A stretch of 64,000 nucleotides of DNA from a virus. The stretch lies in the IMG/VR virus record IMGVR_UViG_3300045988_034366. One strand, given 5' to 3'. The first letter of the stretch is position 1. The number at the start of each line of letters is the position of its first letter. Below, in pieces: positions 34,839 through 44,634 of the stretch. The translations under genes and the position numbers were made by a program. The notes below the pieces were generated by a model. The model searched no databases. It was not told the origin of the DNA and saw only the letters and a list, made by a program, of their open reading frames with translations.

Positions 34839-36053
34839 ATGAAGGAAAATATAAGTTTAAGAGAAAGGGTTGTTGCTAATCTTGAAGAAAGAAGGCAACG
34901 AATCCTAGATGGACAGCTTAATTGCATTCCATCTCCTTTCAAGAGATTCAGTGAAGATTTCATTGGTATTGAGCAAAGTTGCTATTACACCATAACTTCT
35001 TTCACTAAGGGAGGTAAATCTCAATTCACTTCCTATACTTTTATCTACAAGCCTCTCATGTTCTGCTATTTTACTAAGGCAGATATTGACATCAAGATAT
35101 TGTATTTTCCTTTAGAGGAGACTCCTGAGAGGATTATGCAGAGATTTATATCTTGGTTACTATTTGACTTCAGTAAGGGCAAGATAAGAGTTAGCCCAAG
35201 AGAGTTAAGGAGTACTGTCTCTCCAGTATCTGAGGAAGTCTTGAATATAATCAACAGCGAGGAAATCCAAGACATACTTAAGTATTTTGAAGAGCATGTA
35301 ATCTTCCCTGAAGAAGCTGCAAATCCTACAGGAATATATAAGTACTGTAAGAATTATGCAGAGGAGCATGGCACAGTATATACTAAGACTGGTCAGTATA
35401 AGGATGAGTTTGGCATAGTACAGAGCAGACAAGTGTTTGACAGGTATGAGCAAGATAATCCTAATGAATACAGACTGATTATCATAGATACTATCAACCT
35501 TATAGATACTGAAAGAGGAATGGCTATCAAGCAATCTATGGATAAGCTAAGCGAGTATTGTGCCAAATATCTCAGAAACAGGTATAACTATTCTCCTGTC
35601 ATTATTCAACAACAAGCATTTGACCAAGAGGGCAATGAGGCTTTCAAGATTGGCAGGGTAAGACCTTCTGTTGCTGGATTAGGAGATAGTAAGTACACTT
35701 CAAGAGATAGTAATGTGGTTCTTGGATTGTTTTCACCATTTAGATTTGCATTAAAAGAGTATGAGGGATATGATATATCCAAGTTTAAGGATAATATTAG
35801 ATTCCTTGAAATGATTGTGAATAGAGATGGTGAGATGGGAGGACTATGCCCATTATTCTTTGATGGTGCAGTATGTCACTTTGAAGAACTCCCAAGGCCA
35901 GACAACAGCGGTGAAATATCTAAAGTATATGACTATCTAAAACACATAAGAGGTGTAGCAGCTAAGTCATTTTGTAGTTATGGAATGAAGAAAAGGAAAA
36001 AGAGCTTGCATAATACTGGATTATTTAGTAAATTCGCAGCCCTTTTCAAGTAA
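34839..36053 (+). CDS. DnaB-like (RecA-fold) replicative helicase
   Basis: 404 aa. Walker A-like SFTKGGKSQF, Walker B LIIIDTINLI, and LGDSKYTSRDSNVVLGLF resembling DnaB motif H4. Confidence 0.6.
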   Translation: MKENISLRERVVANLEERRQRILDGQLNCIPSPFKRFSEDFIGIEQSCYYTITSFTKGGKSQFTSYTFIYKPLMFCYFTKADIDIKILYFPLEETPERIMQRFISWLLFDFSKGKIRVSPRELRSTVSPVSEEVLNIINSEEIQDILKYFEEHVIFPEEAANPTGIYKYCKNYAEEHGTVYTKTGQYKDEFGIVQSRQVFDRYEQDNPNEYRLIIIDTINLIDTERGMAIKQSMDKLSEYCAKYLRNRYNYSPVIIQQQAFDQEGNEAFKIGRVRPSVAGLGDSKYTSRDSNVVLGLFSPFRFALKEYEGYDISKFKDNIRFLEMIVNRDGEMGGLCPLFFDGAVCHFEELPRPDNSGEISKVYDYLKHIRGVAAKSFCSYGMKKRKKSLHNTGLFSKFAALFK

Positions 36054-36077
36054 AAGTAACATTATAAAACAAAAACA

Positions 36078-36848
36078 ATGGCAAAAATTCTAGTTTTAGC
36101 AAAATCAGGCTTCGGAAAAACTACCTCCTATTGTGGTAGGGAAAAGTTGGGAATTAAGGGTCTTGACCCAAAGGAAACCTATATCATTCAGTGCATTGGT
36201 AGAGGTGTTCCCAATCCCAATTTCAAATTGATTGAGGGTAGCATTGGAGTGGATAATGTAGGAAAGCCTACTCAAAAGCTCACAAATGCAAATGCCCTTG
36301 CTACAGGTAATAGAGTTCAAGTAGATGGGCTTACAGGACTTGACAGATTTGCAGCAGTAGCTGAAATTCTGAACATCTTGAAGAAAGCTCCCTACAAGAA
36401 TATCATCATTGATGATTTCAATTACCTTGCCCAAGACTTTTATATGGCAAATGCCATGAAAGGTGGATGGGATACCCCTAAGCAGATTGGCTATGGAATG
36501 GGCTTAGTATTTGATGCTTTCAAGGGATTTCCTGAGGATAAGAATATTATCTGCTGTGCCCATTATGAGGAGTATAAGGATAAAAATGGAGACTCCATTT
36601 CCTATAAGTTCAAGACCACTGGAAAGATGGTTGATGACTATATCACTCCTGAGGGTAAGTTTGATATTATCCTCTTTGGGAAGGTAGGATATGACCCTGA
36701 AAACAAGAAGCCTATCAAGCATTTTGTGAAAGAATTTGATGGTGAATATCCTGCTAAAGATAGTCTTGGTGCATTGGATGACCTTCCTGATGAGATTCCT
36801 AATGACTTATCTATAGTAGTAGACAAGTTAAGGGAAATCTATGGATAG
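36078..36848 (+). CDS. AAA_24/Sak4-like P-loop ATPase
   Basis: 256 aa. Walker A LAKSGFGKTTS at the N-terminus, Walker B NIIIDDFN. Confidence 0.6.
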   Translation: MAKILVLAKSGFGKTTSYCGREKLGIKGLDPKETYIIQCIGRGVPNPNFKLIEGSIGVDNVGKPTQKLTNANALATGNRVQVDGLTGLDRFAAVAEILNILKKAPYKNIIIDDFNYLAQDFYMANAMKGGWDTPKQIGYGMGLVFDAFKGFPEDKNIICCAHYEEYKDKNGDSISYKFKTTGKMVDDYITPEGKFDIILFGKVGYDPENKKPIKHFVKEFDGEYPAKDSLGALDDLPDEIPNDLSIVVDKLREIYG

Positions 36849-37119
36849 GAATGAAACTATAGAATTATCAAGGTTGGCTGCCTTTGATAAAGTGCCTATA
36901 CCTAAGGCACTTAAAGCAATCACAGACTATTGTCTTGAAAAGGGTAAATCAGATATTGGCATCTCAGTACTGAAAGAGTACTTGGCAAGAGATGTTGTTA
37001 TGCTAGGGTCCTGCCTAAATCAAGCCTTAGAATACTTTGAAAGAAAGTTTGTGATATGCAAGCTATGGAGTGCTCCCATAAATAATGCGGGGCAAAGAAA
37101 GTTATTACAAATCTTTTAA
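36841..37119 (+). CDS. hypothetical protein
   Basis: 92-aa ORF overlapping the upstream stop. Confidence 0.5.
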   Translation: MDRNETIELSRLAAFDKVPIPKALKAITDYCLEKGKSDIGISVLKEYLARDVVMLGSCLNQALEYFERKFVICKLWSAPINNAGQRKLLQIF

Positions 37120-37130
37120 TATAAGAAAAT

Positions 37131-37586
37131 ATGAAGACATTAACAGTAAGACAGTTTGCAGGTGTAAAAAGAATTGCACAGAATGTTAATCCTTTGGTAG
37201 TAAAGAAGAATAAGATTGCTGCCAAGATTGATGAACTCAATGCAGAGTATGATGCTCTGACTGAGGAGATTGAGGGACATGAAATGGGTGTCAAGGCCCT
37301 GACTAAAGGCTTCACTAGTGAGGACTTAGTTGTCAAGAGGGTAGAAGATACTGGTAAGACTGATAAGGATGGTAAGCCTATCAAGGTAACTAAGTATGAG
37401 CCTAAAGAAGGTGTTGTGGTATTCAATGAGGAAGCTAATGTGTATGAGATTCACGCAGAAGAGCCTGAACCTGAACCTGAAGCTGTTGCTCCTGATACAA
37501 TAGATGATACTGAGAAGGCTCCTGAAGCTGTAGTAGAAGTCAAGGTAAATGCAGAGTCTTCTTTCCCTGACAATCTTCCTTACTAA
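37131..37586 (+). CDS. hypothetical acidic protein
   Basis: 151-aa ORF with a Glu/Pro-rich C-terminal half. Confidence 0.55.
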   Translation: MKTLTVRQFAGVKRIAQNVNPLVVKKNKIAAKIDELNAEYDALTEEIEGHEMGVKALTKGFTSEDLVVKRVEDTGKTDKDGKPIKVTKYEPKEGVVVFNEEANVYEIHAEEPEPEPEAVAPDTIDDTEKAPEAVVEVKVNAESSFPDNLPY

Positions 37587-37634
37587 AAAACAAGAGAAAA
37601 TTTACAAGAAGTAGAATTAAACAAGTTAAATAAA

Positions 37635-38567
37635 ATGAAGAAGAATATTGGTTTTAATTTCATGGCCTTTAGTAAAGGGGCAGTGTCTACTGAAGGCAAT
37701 ACAGTGAAGAGATATGTAGGTGTAGCACCTGTATTTGTACTTGGTGTAAATCCTAATAAGGAGGAACTTGAAAAGCTGTATAATACCCAGCTTGAGAATA
37801 CTCCTGAATATCTCAGTGAAGTTGAAGTAGGTGAGGACAAGCACAAAGTTCCTAATGTGAGAATTGACTTCATTGTCAAGACTGATGCTGAGAAGTGTGG
37901 TGGTATTGAGTTTACTACCAAGGTGGCTTTCTTCATTAGGAAAGAACCTAGAATCAACAGAGATGGTAGTAAGGTACAGGTAATTGACAAGTATGGTAGG
38001 ACTGCTTGGGTAACTAAAGAGCAGTACAAGAACAAGGAGATTCCTGTATATTCTAGTGGCCCTGCAAACATTGACAAGGACTATAGAGCTTGTTTCCATG
38101 GAGAGGAAGAGCTTACCAACTTCATTAAGGCATATCTTAACATTCCTAATGTGATGAAGTATGTCAATGAGAAGTGGATTATGGTTGATAATCCTGATGA
38201 TTGTGAAGCAAGACTTGAGCATGTTGAGGATTACTTCAAAGGTGACTTCAGTGAACTTAGGGAAATTATTGCTCTTCAGCCTACCAATAAGGTTAAAGTG
38301 CTATTTGGTGTGAGAACCACTGATGACAATAAGCAGTATCAAGCTGTCTATACTCAGATGTTCTTGAAGAATAATATCACTGACTATAGCAGACTTGACA
38401 AGGACTTGCAGGATAGAAAAGCTGCTGGTGCTTATTCTACCACTGAGTTCATTGTAGGAGACTTGAAGGAGTATAATGTTGAAGCTACTGACCTCAGCAA
38501 CTCTGGCTCAAGTGATATGCCTTTCCCTAAGGCAGAGGAGTCATCTCCTTGGGACTTTGGAAAATAA
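37635..38567 (+). CDS. possible ssDNA-binding protein
   Basis: 310 aa located in the replication module. The acidic C-terminal tail carries DMPF, reminiscent of SSB tips. Weak. Confidence 0.35.
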   Translation: MKKNIGFNFMAFSKGAVSTEGNTVKRYVGVAPVFVLGVNPNKEELEKLYNTQLENTPEYLSEVEVGEDKHKVPNVRIDFIVKTDAEKCGGIEFTTKVAFFIRKEPRINRDGSKVQVIDKYGRTAWVTKEQYKNKEIPVYSSGPANIDKDYRACFHGEEELTNFIKAYLNIPNVMKYVNEKWIMVDNPDDCEARLEHVEDYFKGDFSELREIIALQPTNKVKVLFGVRTTDDNKQYQAVYTQMFLKNNITDYSRLDKDLQDRKAAGAYSTTEFIVGDLKEYNVEATDLSNSGSSDMPFPKAEESSPWDFGK

Positions 38568-38596
38568 GTAGTAAACTCTCTCTCAAAAAAAAAAGT

Positions 38597-39640
38597 ATGT
38601 CTGTCAGTAAAGGTGAATCTTCTGTTACTTTAAGTGACATTCTAGAGAAGACAACAGAAGCAAATATTCTGTCATTCTATCTAGGAGTCACTGAAATTCC
38701 TTGTATTATACATAGTCCTCTTAGGAAAGATAACAGGCCATCATTTGGCCTGTACTCCTCTAATGGAAAAAGGATATATTTTGTAGACTTTGCAACCAAG
38801 GATAGAGGAGGTGTATTTGACCTCCTTTGTCAGATGTGGGGATGCAACTACAGAGAAGTCCTAACAAGGATAAGCAAGGATATGCCAAAGCTCTGCTCCA
38901 TAGGAACACCTGATGTCCATAAACATATTCCATGTGCTGTGAGAAGTACCATTGAATGCAAAAAGAGTACTGACTTACAATGCAAAGTCAGAGATTGGAC
39001 ATCTTATGATGTTGAATATTGGAAATCCTATGGAATAAGTCTTGATTGGCTGAAGTATGCAGAAGTTTATCCCATATCACATAAAATCATCATTAAAGAT
39101 GGTCATAGATATGTGTTTGGGGCTGACAAATATGCTTATGCTTATGTAGAACACAAGGAAGGTAAAGTTACTCTAAAGATATATCAACCTTTTAATAAGA
39201 ATGGTTATAAATGGAGTAACAAGCATGACAACTCTGTGATAAGCCTGTGGACTAAAGTACCTGAATATGGGGAGCAGATTTGCATTTGTTCTTCACTGAA
39301 AGATGCTTTATGCCTATGGGCTAATACAGGGATACCATCTCTTGCTATCCAAGGTGAGGGATATAGGATAAGTGATACTGCAATTAGTGAACTGAAAAGA
39401 AGATACAAACAAATCTTCATTTGCTTGGATAATGATGAGCCAGGATTAAAAGATGCTCAGAAGTTAGCTGAGGAAACAGGGTTTACTAATGTAGTATTGC
39501 CACCCTTTGATGGAGGAAAAGATATTTCTGACCTTTTTAAGGCTAAAGGAAAAGAAGAGTTCCTCAAAATTATTAAGCCTTTATTTAAAATCAAAGTAAT
39601 AGATGATGATTGGGATGATTTACCCTTCAAAGTCTATTAA
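38597..39640 (+). CDS. DnaG-type (Toprim) primase
   Basis: 347 aa counted from ATG 38597. Toprim signature CSSLKDALCLW...IFICLDNDEPGLKDAQKL. Confidence 0.7.
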   Translation: MSVSKGESSVTLSDILEKTTEANILSFYLGVTEIPCIIHSPLRKDNRPSFGLYSSNGKRIYFVDFATKDRGGVFDLLCQMWGCNYREVLTRISKDMPKLCSIGTPDVHKHIPCAVRSTIECKKSTDLQCKVRDWTSYDVEYWKSYGISLDWLKYAEVYPISHKIIIKDGHRYVFGADKYAYAYVEHKEGKVTLKIYQPFNKNGYKWSNKHDNSVISLWTKVPEYGEQICICSSLKDALCLWANTGIPSLAIQGEGYRISDTAISELKRRYKQIFICLDNDEPGLKDAQKLAEETGFTNVVLPPFDGGKDISDLFKAKGKEEFLKIIKPLFKIKVIDDDWDDLPFKVY

Positions 39641-39670
39641 AAAGAAAAACCAAGTAAAAATTAAAACATT

Positions 39671-40378
39671 ATGGAAACTCGTAAAATCACTATCGTTTCA
39701 ACTAAGAGTCAATCTAAGAAAGTTATCATGTCTTCTGCTACTACTCTTGCAGAACTGAAGTCTGACCTGAGACAGAATGGCATTGACTATGAAGGTATGT
39801 CCTTCTTTGAAGGTACTTCTAAAGTAGAGTTAAAGAATGATGCTTCTGTTCTTCCTCATGATGTACCTTGGAAAGGCACTGTTACCAATGAATTGGTATT
39901 CATGCTCACCAATACTAACAAGAAAATTAGGTCTGGTGCAATGAGCAGAATGGAGGCATATGCTGAAATCAAGAGAATGGGTCTTCAAGATGCTTGCCTT
40001 AAGAAGTTTGGGAAGAACTTCACTATGTGTAAGACTGCTGACCTTATTGCATTGGTACAGAGTAATAGTGCTGCAAAGCCTGCTCCTGCTCCTAAAGCTG
40101 AGGCTAAGAAGGAGGAGACACCTGTAAACACTCCTGTAGCACCTGCAAGTAATGGCGGTGAATGTGTTGATACTGCATCAAGAGCTGCTATCAGTAAGTT
40201 GGTGGAAATCCTTGAGGACAATGGCACAATTGAGGATTATGAGAAAGAGGAAGTGCTTGGTATTCTTGGGGGTGAAGTAGCTGTAACTACTGCAACCTCC
40301 GAGGAGTATAAGCCTAAGTCAGCTTCTCCTTACTCTGATGATGAGATTGATGATATGTTTAATGACATGGACATCTAA
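39671..40378 (+). CDS. hypothetical protein: compact N-terminal domain + SAP/HeH-like motif + Ala/Pro/Glu linker + acidic tail
   Basis: 235 aa. EAYAEIKRMGLQDACLKKFGKNFTMCKTADLIALV resembles a SAP/HeH DNA-binding motif. Whether the N-terminal ~85 aa is a beta-grasp is unknown. Confidence 0.6.
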   Translation: METRKITIVSTKSQSKKVIMSSATTLAELKSDLRQNGIDYEGMSFFEGTSKVELKNDASVLPHDVPWKGTVTNELVFMLTNTNKKIRSGAMSRMEAYAEIKRMGLQDACLKKFGKNFTMCKTADLIALVQSNSAAKPAPAPKAEAKKEETPVNTPVAPASNGGECVDTASRAAISKLVEILEDNGTIEDYEKEEVLGILGGEVAVTTATSEEYKPKSASPYSDDEIDDMFNDMDI

Positions 40379-40402
40379 GGGCAAAAAAAAATATGTAATG
40401 GT

Positions 40403-40440
40403 AGGCAGGAGATATTATATCTCCTCCTACTTTTTTTTTA
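40403..40440 (+). terminator. intrinsic terminator (bidirectional architecture)
   Basis: Perfect palindrome AGGAGATAT-T-ATATCTCCT flanked by A9 upstream and T10 downstream. Confidence 0.85.
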
Positions 40441-40441
40441 C

Positions 40442-41752
40442 ATGAGTATGAGTGAAGAAAATATTAAGCGATTTAATGAAAGTGTACATACACTCTATAA
40501 TGCTATAATGGATAAACCTCTTCAAGTGCTTGGCATATTCAATGACTTCTTTGGAGCAGACAAAGTTGATATGCAGGGTGTTTGGAATGAAGATAGACTA
40601 AGGTCTTGGCTTGAAGTAGAGCCTATTACTTCATATCTCTATAGGGGTAACTCAAATGTAACATCTAGTGAATGGGATACATATCATACTAAGAGTATAA
40701 TGGATTTGTCTCAAAGTGAATTTGAATGGGCACTCTCATCATTATCTCATGAAGATACAATAGAAAGTATTGTTAGTAGTAAGTTCGACAATATGTTTAT
40801 CCTTGTACATTTTCCGCATGTAAGGATTACTAATGAGCATGATAGATATGTAGATATTAACCATCTGTGGGCTAAGATTAAAATAACATCTGAGGGCACT
40901 ATGAATGGTAATTTTACTCTCAATAGGTCTGAATACCAAGCTATTCACTTTATTAGTAACTATATGCACAGTCATGTAAGTAGCATTCCTAAAGATGACC
41001 TTACTAGGTTTATGAGTCCCTGCACTGGAGATGGGCCTATCAATAGTACTATATCATCTTTATATAGAGAATTTGATAGTGACCTTTGGCAGTTATTCTG
41101 TCTTGAACTCAGTAAGTATGTTACTGTGGAATCTATTTCAGGAAGACCTTATCATTATCTTGAAAAAATAGGTACTAGTAATATGGATACAGGAGTATCT
41201 TCCTTTATTGCATTTAATAATCCTACTAGATACTGGGATTCTTCTAATGCAGCACTAGACAGGTTAAGAAAGTTTGTCAAGTACTTTGTTCAAGGAAATC
41301 ATTTGAAGTTTAACTATGTGAATGGCTCTTATTCCATAGGAATGTCTTTCATAGAGTACATAGTGCTAATTAGCAATGAATTTATTAAATGGTACAATAG
41401 GCAATTCAATGATAAGAAAATGACTACTACTCTTGAAAGCCTAGAAAGAACCCATGTAGTTAGAGAATGTATTATTAGCAATGGTAAAATCTACTATGAT
41501 AGCAGCAGAAACAATATCAATACCCTTTCTTCTTATATAGGAAAGAAAGTTTGCACTTTCAAAGGAGTGAAGATTACTCTTAGCATATCAGACATATCTG
41601 AGGTAAATGCTGAGAACAAGAGTATCATACTTGACCCTCAGACTGCATTATTTATATTAAATCAAATCCTCAAAGTATTAAATTATAGATATGGAAGGAA
41701 AACAGCTAACCATACAGAGTACCAAGTTGGTACAGAAGTTAGGTACATATAA
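40442..41752 (+). CDS. unknown 436-aa protein, first gene of the JAB/E1 operon
   Basis: Long ORF beginning 2 nt after the terminator's T run. No motif recognised with confidence. NYMHSHV...FMSPCTGDG is noted as a possible His/Cys active-site pair. Confidence 0.65.
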   Translation: MSMSEENIKRFNESVHTLYNAIMDKPLQVLGIFNDFFGADKVDMQGVWNEDRLRSWLEVEPITSYLYRGNSNVTSSEWDTYHTKSIMDLSQSEFEWALSSLSHEDTIESIVSSKFDNMFILVHFPHVRITNEHDRYVDINHLWAKIKITSEGTMNGNFTLNRSEYQAIHFISNYMHSHVSSIPKDDLTRFMSPCTGDGPINSTISSLYREFDSDLWQLFCLELSKYVTVESISGRPYHYLEKIGTSNMDTGVSSFIAFNNPTRYWDSSNAALDRLRKFVKYFVQGNHLKFNYVNGSYSIGMSFIEYIVLISNEFIKWYNRQFNDKKMTTTLESLERTHVVRECIISNGKIYYDSSRNNINTLSSYIGKKVCTFKGVKITLSISDISEVNAENKSIILDPQTALFILNQILKVLNYRYGRKTANHTEYQVGTEVRYI

Positions 41753-42902
41753 TTATAAGCTGGTTATACCAGCTGAAGTTGAGAGAAAAATAAGATTTGC
41801 CTGCCAAAGAGTATGGAATACAGAGTGGTCAGGCACATTATTTTTTACACATGAAGGTTCATTTGAGAACAATGACCTTGTAATAAGATGTGTGGATATT
41901 TACATTATGGATATTGGTACTCAAGCCTATACAGAGTTTGATATGAATCCTGATGTAATAGCATATATGTGTGAGCATTCAGAGCTACTTGATTGTCAAA
42001 TGGGCCTTATCCATTCTCATAATAATATGTCTACTTTCTTTAGTGGCACTGATACTGCTACCTTGAAGGAAGAGGGCAGAGATAGGAACAACTTTGTATC
42101 TCTCATTGTGAACAATGAAGGAAGCTATACAGCTGCTATCACTAGAAGAGTGAAAAGTAAGAGTGTGAAAGAGTCTGTATCCTATGAGTTCTTTGGAGAT
42201 GGTGAAAAGCATGATACCAAGGAGTATGTGTCTGAAGAGAATGAGATTGAGTGGTTCTATCTCAACATAGTCAAGGAAGGAGATACCTTTTCCTTTCAAG
42301 ACATGGATGTTAGGTTTGAGGAAATCAAGAAGAGGAAAGCTGAGAAAGCTAAAGAGGCTGAAATGGCTAGGAAACAAACTTCTCAGGTTACTTCATATAG
42401 ACCTTCAACTGTTATAAATTCTTATGGCACAAAGGCAGGGTCTGCCAGCACTATGGCTAGTAAGAAGGCTATTGGTCAAACATCACTCTTTGATGGCATA
42501 GATGATTGGGATTCTGATAACTTTGATATACCATATGGTACAGCTAAATTTGATAGGAACACCATCAGACAGCTTACTTTGCAGTTGATTACTGGTAGTA
42601 TTATCATACCTAATGATAGTAAGATTGACATCAAGAAGTGGGCAGCCTCTATGCCTGCAATGTATCAGAAGAGATTTGGCAAAGGAGAAGAAGGCATGAA
42701 GCTCTTTGAGTTGTGGGCAGATACATATACTGAGTTCCTCTGTTGGTATGCAACAGATAGAAAACTTGAAGCTCAAGGTATGGATGACACTGAGATATGT
42801 GCTATATGTGCCCATGATATGATTGAAGAATTAACTAAACTCCCTGAGAATGAATATATCAAGGGGTATATTGATGCACTTCAGAAATACTTAATATTAT
42901 GA
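41691..42902 (+). CDS. JAB/MPN (JAMM) metalloprotease-domain protein
   Basis: 403 aa. Complete JAMM signature: upstream Glu (NTEWSG), then HSHNNMSTFFSGTD, which is H-x-H-x7-S-x2-D. Long non-catalytic C-terminal half. Confidence 0.8.
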   Translation: MEGKQLTIQSTKLVQKLGTYNYKLVIPAEVERKIRFACQRVWNTEWSGTLFFTHEGSFENNDLVIRCVDIYIMDIGTQAYTEFDMNPDVIAYMCEHSELLDCQMGLIHSHNNMSTFFSGTDTATLKEEGRDRNNFVSLIVNNEGSYTAAITRRVKSKSVKESVSYEFFGDGEKHDTKEYVSEENEIEWFYLNIVKEGDTFSFQDMDVRFEEIKKRKAEKAKEAEMARKQTSQVTSYRPSTVINSYGTKAGSASTMASKKAIGQTSLFDGIDDWDSDNFDIPYGTAKFDRNTIRQLTLQLITGSIIIPNDSKIDIKKWAASMPAMYQKRFGKGEEGMKLFELWADTYTEFLCWYATDRKLEAQGMDDTEICAICAHDMIEELTKLPENEYIKGYIDALQKYLIL

Positions 42903-43849
42903 ATGGAGAAACAATAATTCAAGCAATAACTCAAGAAAACATTCCTGCAACTATGCAGGAGGCTTATAATTCCCTTATAGAAAATCTCAATGAAAATACT
43001 ATACCTGAGTCAGACAGTGCTATAGAAGATGATGGTGACAGCATTAGCTTTGACCTTTCAGAGGAAGAACAGGCTATCCTTGACCAAGCTGTAGAAGATG
43101 CACATCAAGAGATACCTACAAACTCTGCAACTTTGCTTGTAGATGAAGCTACTAGTAGATTCAGTTCTGCTATATGGTATGAGAAGATACGGGAAAAGAC
43201 TATTGTTCTTGCAGGTGTAGGAGGTATTGGCAGTTATGTGGGATTCCTGCTTGCAAGAATGAAACCTGCCTCTTTGTTCATTTATGACAATGATATAGTG
43301 GAAGCTGTCAATATGTCAGGCCAGCTATATAGTCGAAATGATATTGGAGTTACTAAGGTAGCTGCCCTTGCAAACATGGTCAAGGATTATGCTGACTATG
43401 GTAGTGTGTTTGCCATAGCTGAAAGATTCACTCCTGAATGTGAACCTACAGATATTATGATTTGTGGGTTTGACAATATGGAAGCTAGAAGAGTGTTCTT
43501 CACAAAGTGGGTTGAGCACGTTCACAGTAAACCTGAGGAGGAAAGAGCTAATTGTCTATTCATTGATGGAAGACTTGCAGCTGAAGAATTTCAAGTTCTC
43601 TGTATCAAGGGAGATGATTTGTTCAACATTGATAGGTATCAGAAGGAATACTTGTTCACTGATGCAGAAGCTGATGAGACTATTTGTTCTTATAAACAGA
43701 CTACTTTCTGTGCAAATATGATTGCATCTTATATGGTTAATTTGTTTGTAAATTTCTGTGCTAATCAATGTGAGCCTCTCATTGACAGAGACCTGCCATT
43801 CCTTACTACATATAATGCAGAAACGATGTATCTTAAAACCGAAGCATAA
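42899..43849 (+). CDS. E1-like adenylating enzyme (ThiF/MoeB/UBA family)
   Basis: 316 aa. Rossmann loop VLAGVGGIGSYVG, then YDNDIVEAVNMSGQLY and GFDNMEARRVF in the ThiF order. ATGA overlap with the JAB gene. Confidence 0.8.
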   Translation: MNGETIIQAITQENIPATMQEAYNSLIENLNENTIPESDSAIEDDGDSISFDLSEEEQAILDQAVEDAHQEIPTNSATLLVDEATSRFSSAIWYEKIREKTIVLAGVGGIGSYVGFLLARMKPASLFIYDNDIVEAVNMSGQLYSRNDIGVTKVAALANMVKDYADYGSVFAIAERFTPECEPTDIMICGFDNMEARRVFFTKWVEHVHSKPEEERANCLFIDGRLAAEEFQVLCIKGDDLFNIDRYQKEYLFTDAEADETICSYKQTTFCANMIASYMVNLFVNFCANQCEPLIDRDLPFLTTYNAETMYLKTEA

Positions 43850-44634
43850 TGGAATTTTCAGCTAGATTTATACGTGAAATGACTAGGCCATTTTACGATG
43901 CCCAGCCTCTCCGCTTTAATTCAAGGGATACAAGTAATCCTATTACTCTTGATAGTAATAATATGTTCAGTAAAAGTCTTGTTGTAGATACTACAGGAGA
44001 CAATATTGAAATACCCTCAATTGCTAGGACATATTACGAAAACATTATCCGTGATAATTTGATTCATAGTAATGTAAGGGTAGAGAGAATTATACTGCCT
44101 CTTTATACAAGTGGTAATAGTCAAAGTAGAAGAACTTTTGATGGTATCATGAGAGAGTTCTTCTGCAAACCCCCCCTTAACCAAAGAGTGCTAAAGGTTA
44201 CAACTAATAAAGGTGATACTTATTATGGTGGATATGGCCTTATATTAGATGAGGAGTTTAATCCTCTCCTAATGTGTGGACTAAAGGCCAGAAAGGTGAT
44301 ATCAGAACATGGTGATGATGCAGAAGTTGTACATATACAATACTATAGAACTGTCTGTCATGTTAGTCCTATAGTATTTACAGAGCCTAACAAGTTAATT
44401 AATAAGGGCATCATAAAGAAGCTGATTCCTCTATATACCACTATGGACACAACTTTTCCAAATGTCAGTGTTGGCACTTCAAATAGCCCTGATAGTAGGA
44501 AAGTAGAAGTGATTATAGATGATTTCAGCAAGTTCTTCATTTCCCCTATTGTACCTACTCCCAATAAGTGCAGTAATGATGCACTTAATAAGTGTCTGAA
44601 TGATAACATAGAAGACATTCTGTATCTAATATGA
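43849..44634 (+). CDS. unknown 261-aa protein, last gene of the JAB/E1 operon
   Basis: ORF coupled by a TAATG overlap to the E1 gene and by an ATGA overlap to UDG. No recognisable motif. Confidence 0.65.
   Translation: MEFSARFIREMTRPFYDAQPLRFNSRDTSNPITLDSNNMFSKSLVVDTTGDNIEIPSIARTYYENIIRDNLIHSNVRVERIILPLYTSGNSQSRRTFDGIMREFFCKPPLNQRVLKVTTNKGDTYYGGYGLILDEEFNPLLMCGLKARKVISEHGDDAEVVHIQYYRTVCHVSPIVFTEPNKLINKGIIKKLIPLYTTMDTTFPNVSVGTSNSPDSRKVEVIIDDFSKFFISPIVPTPNKCSNDALNKCLNDNIEDILYLI

Noticed and set aside
37583-38222. Two long minus-strand ORFs (164 and 198 aa) antisense to the SSB-like gene
   Set aside because: Their products are low-complexity and Leu/Ser/Thr-rich. They lie fully inside a well-formed plus-strand gene in a uniformly plus-strand block, so they are typical shadow ORFs of AT-rich DNA.
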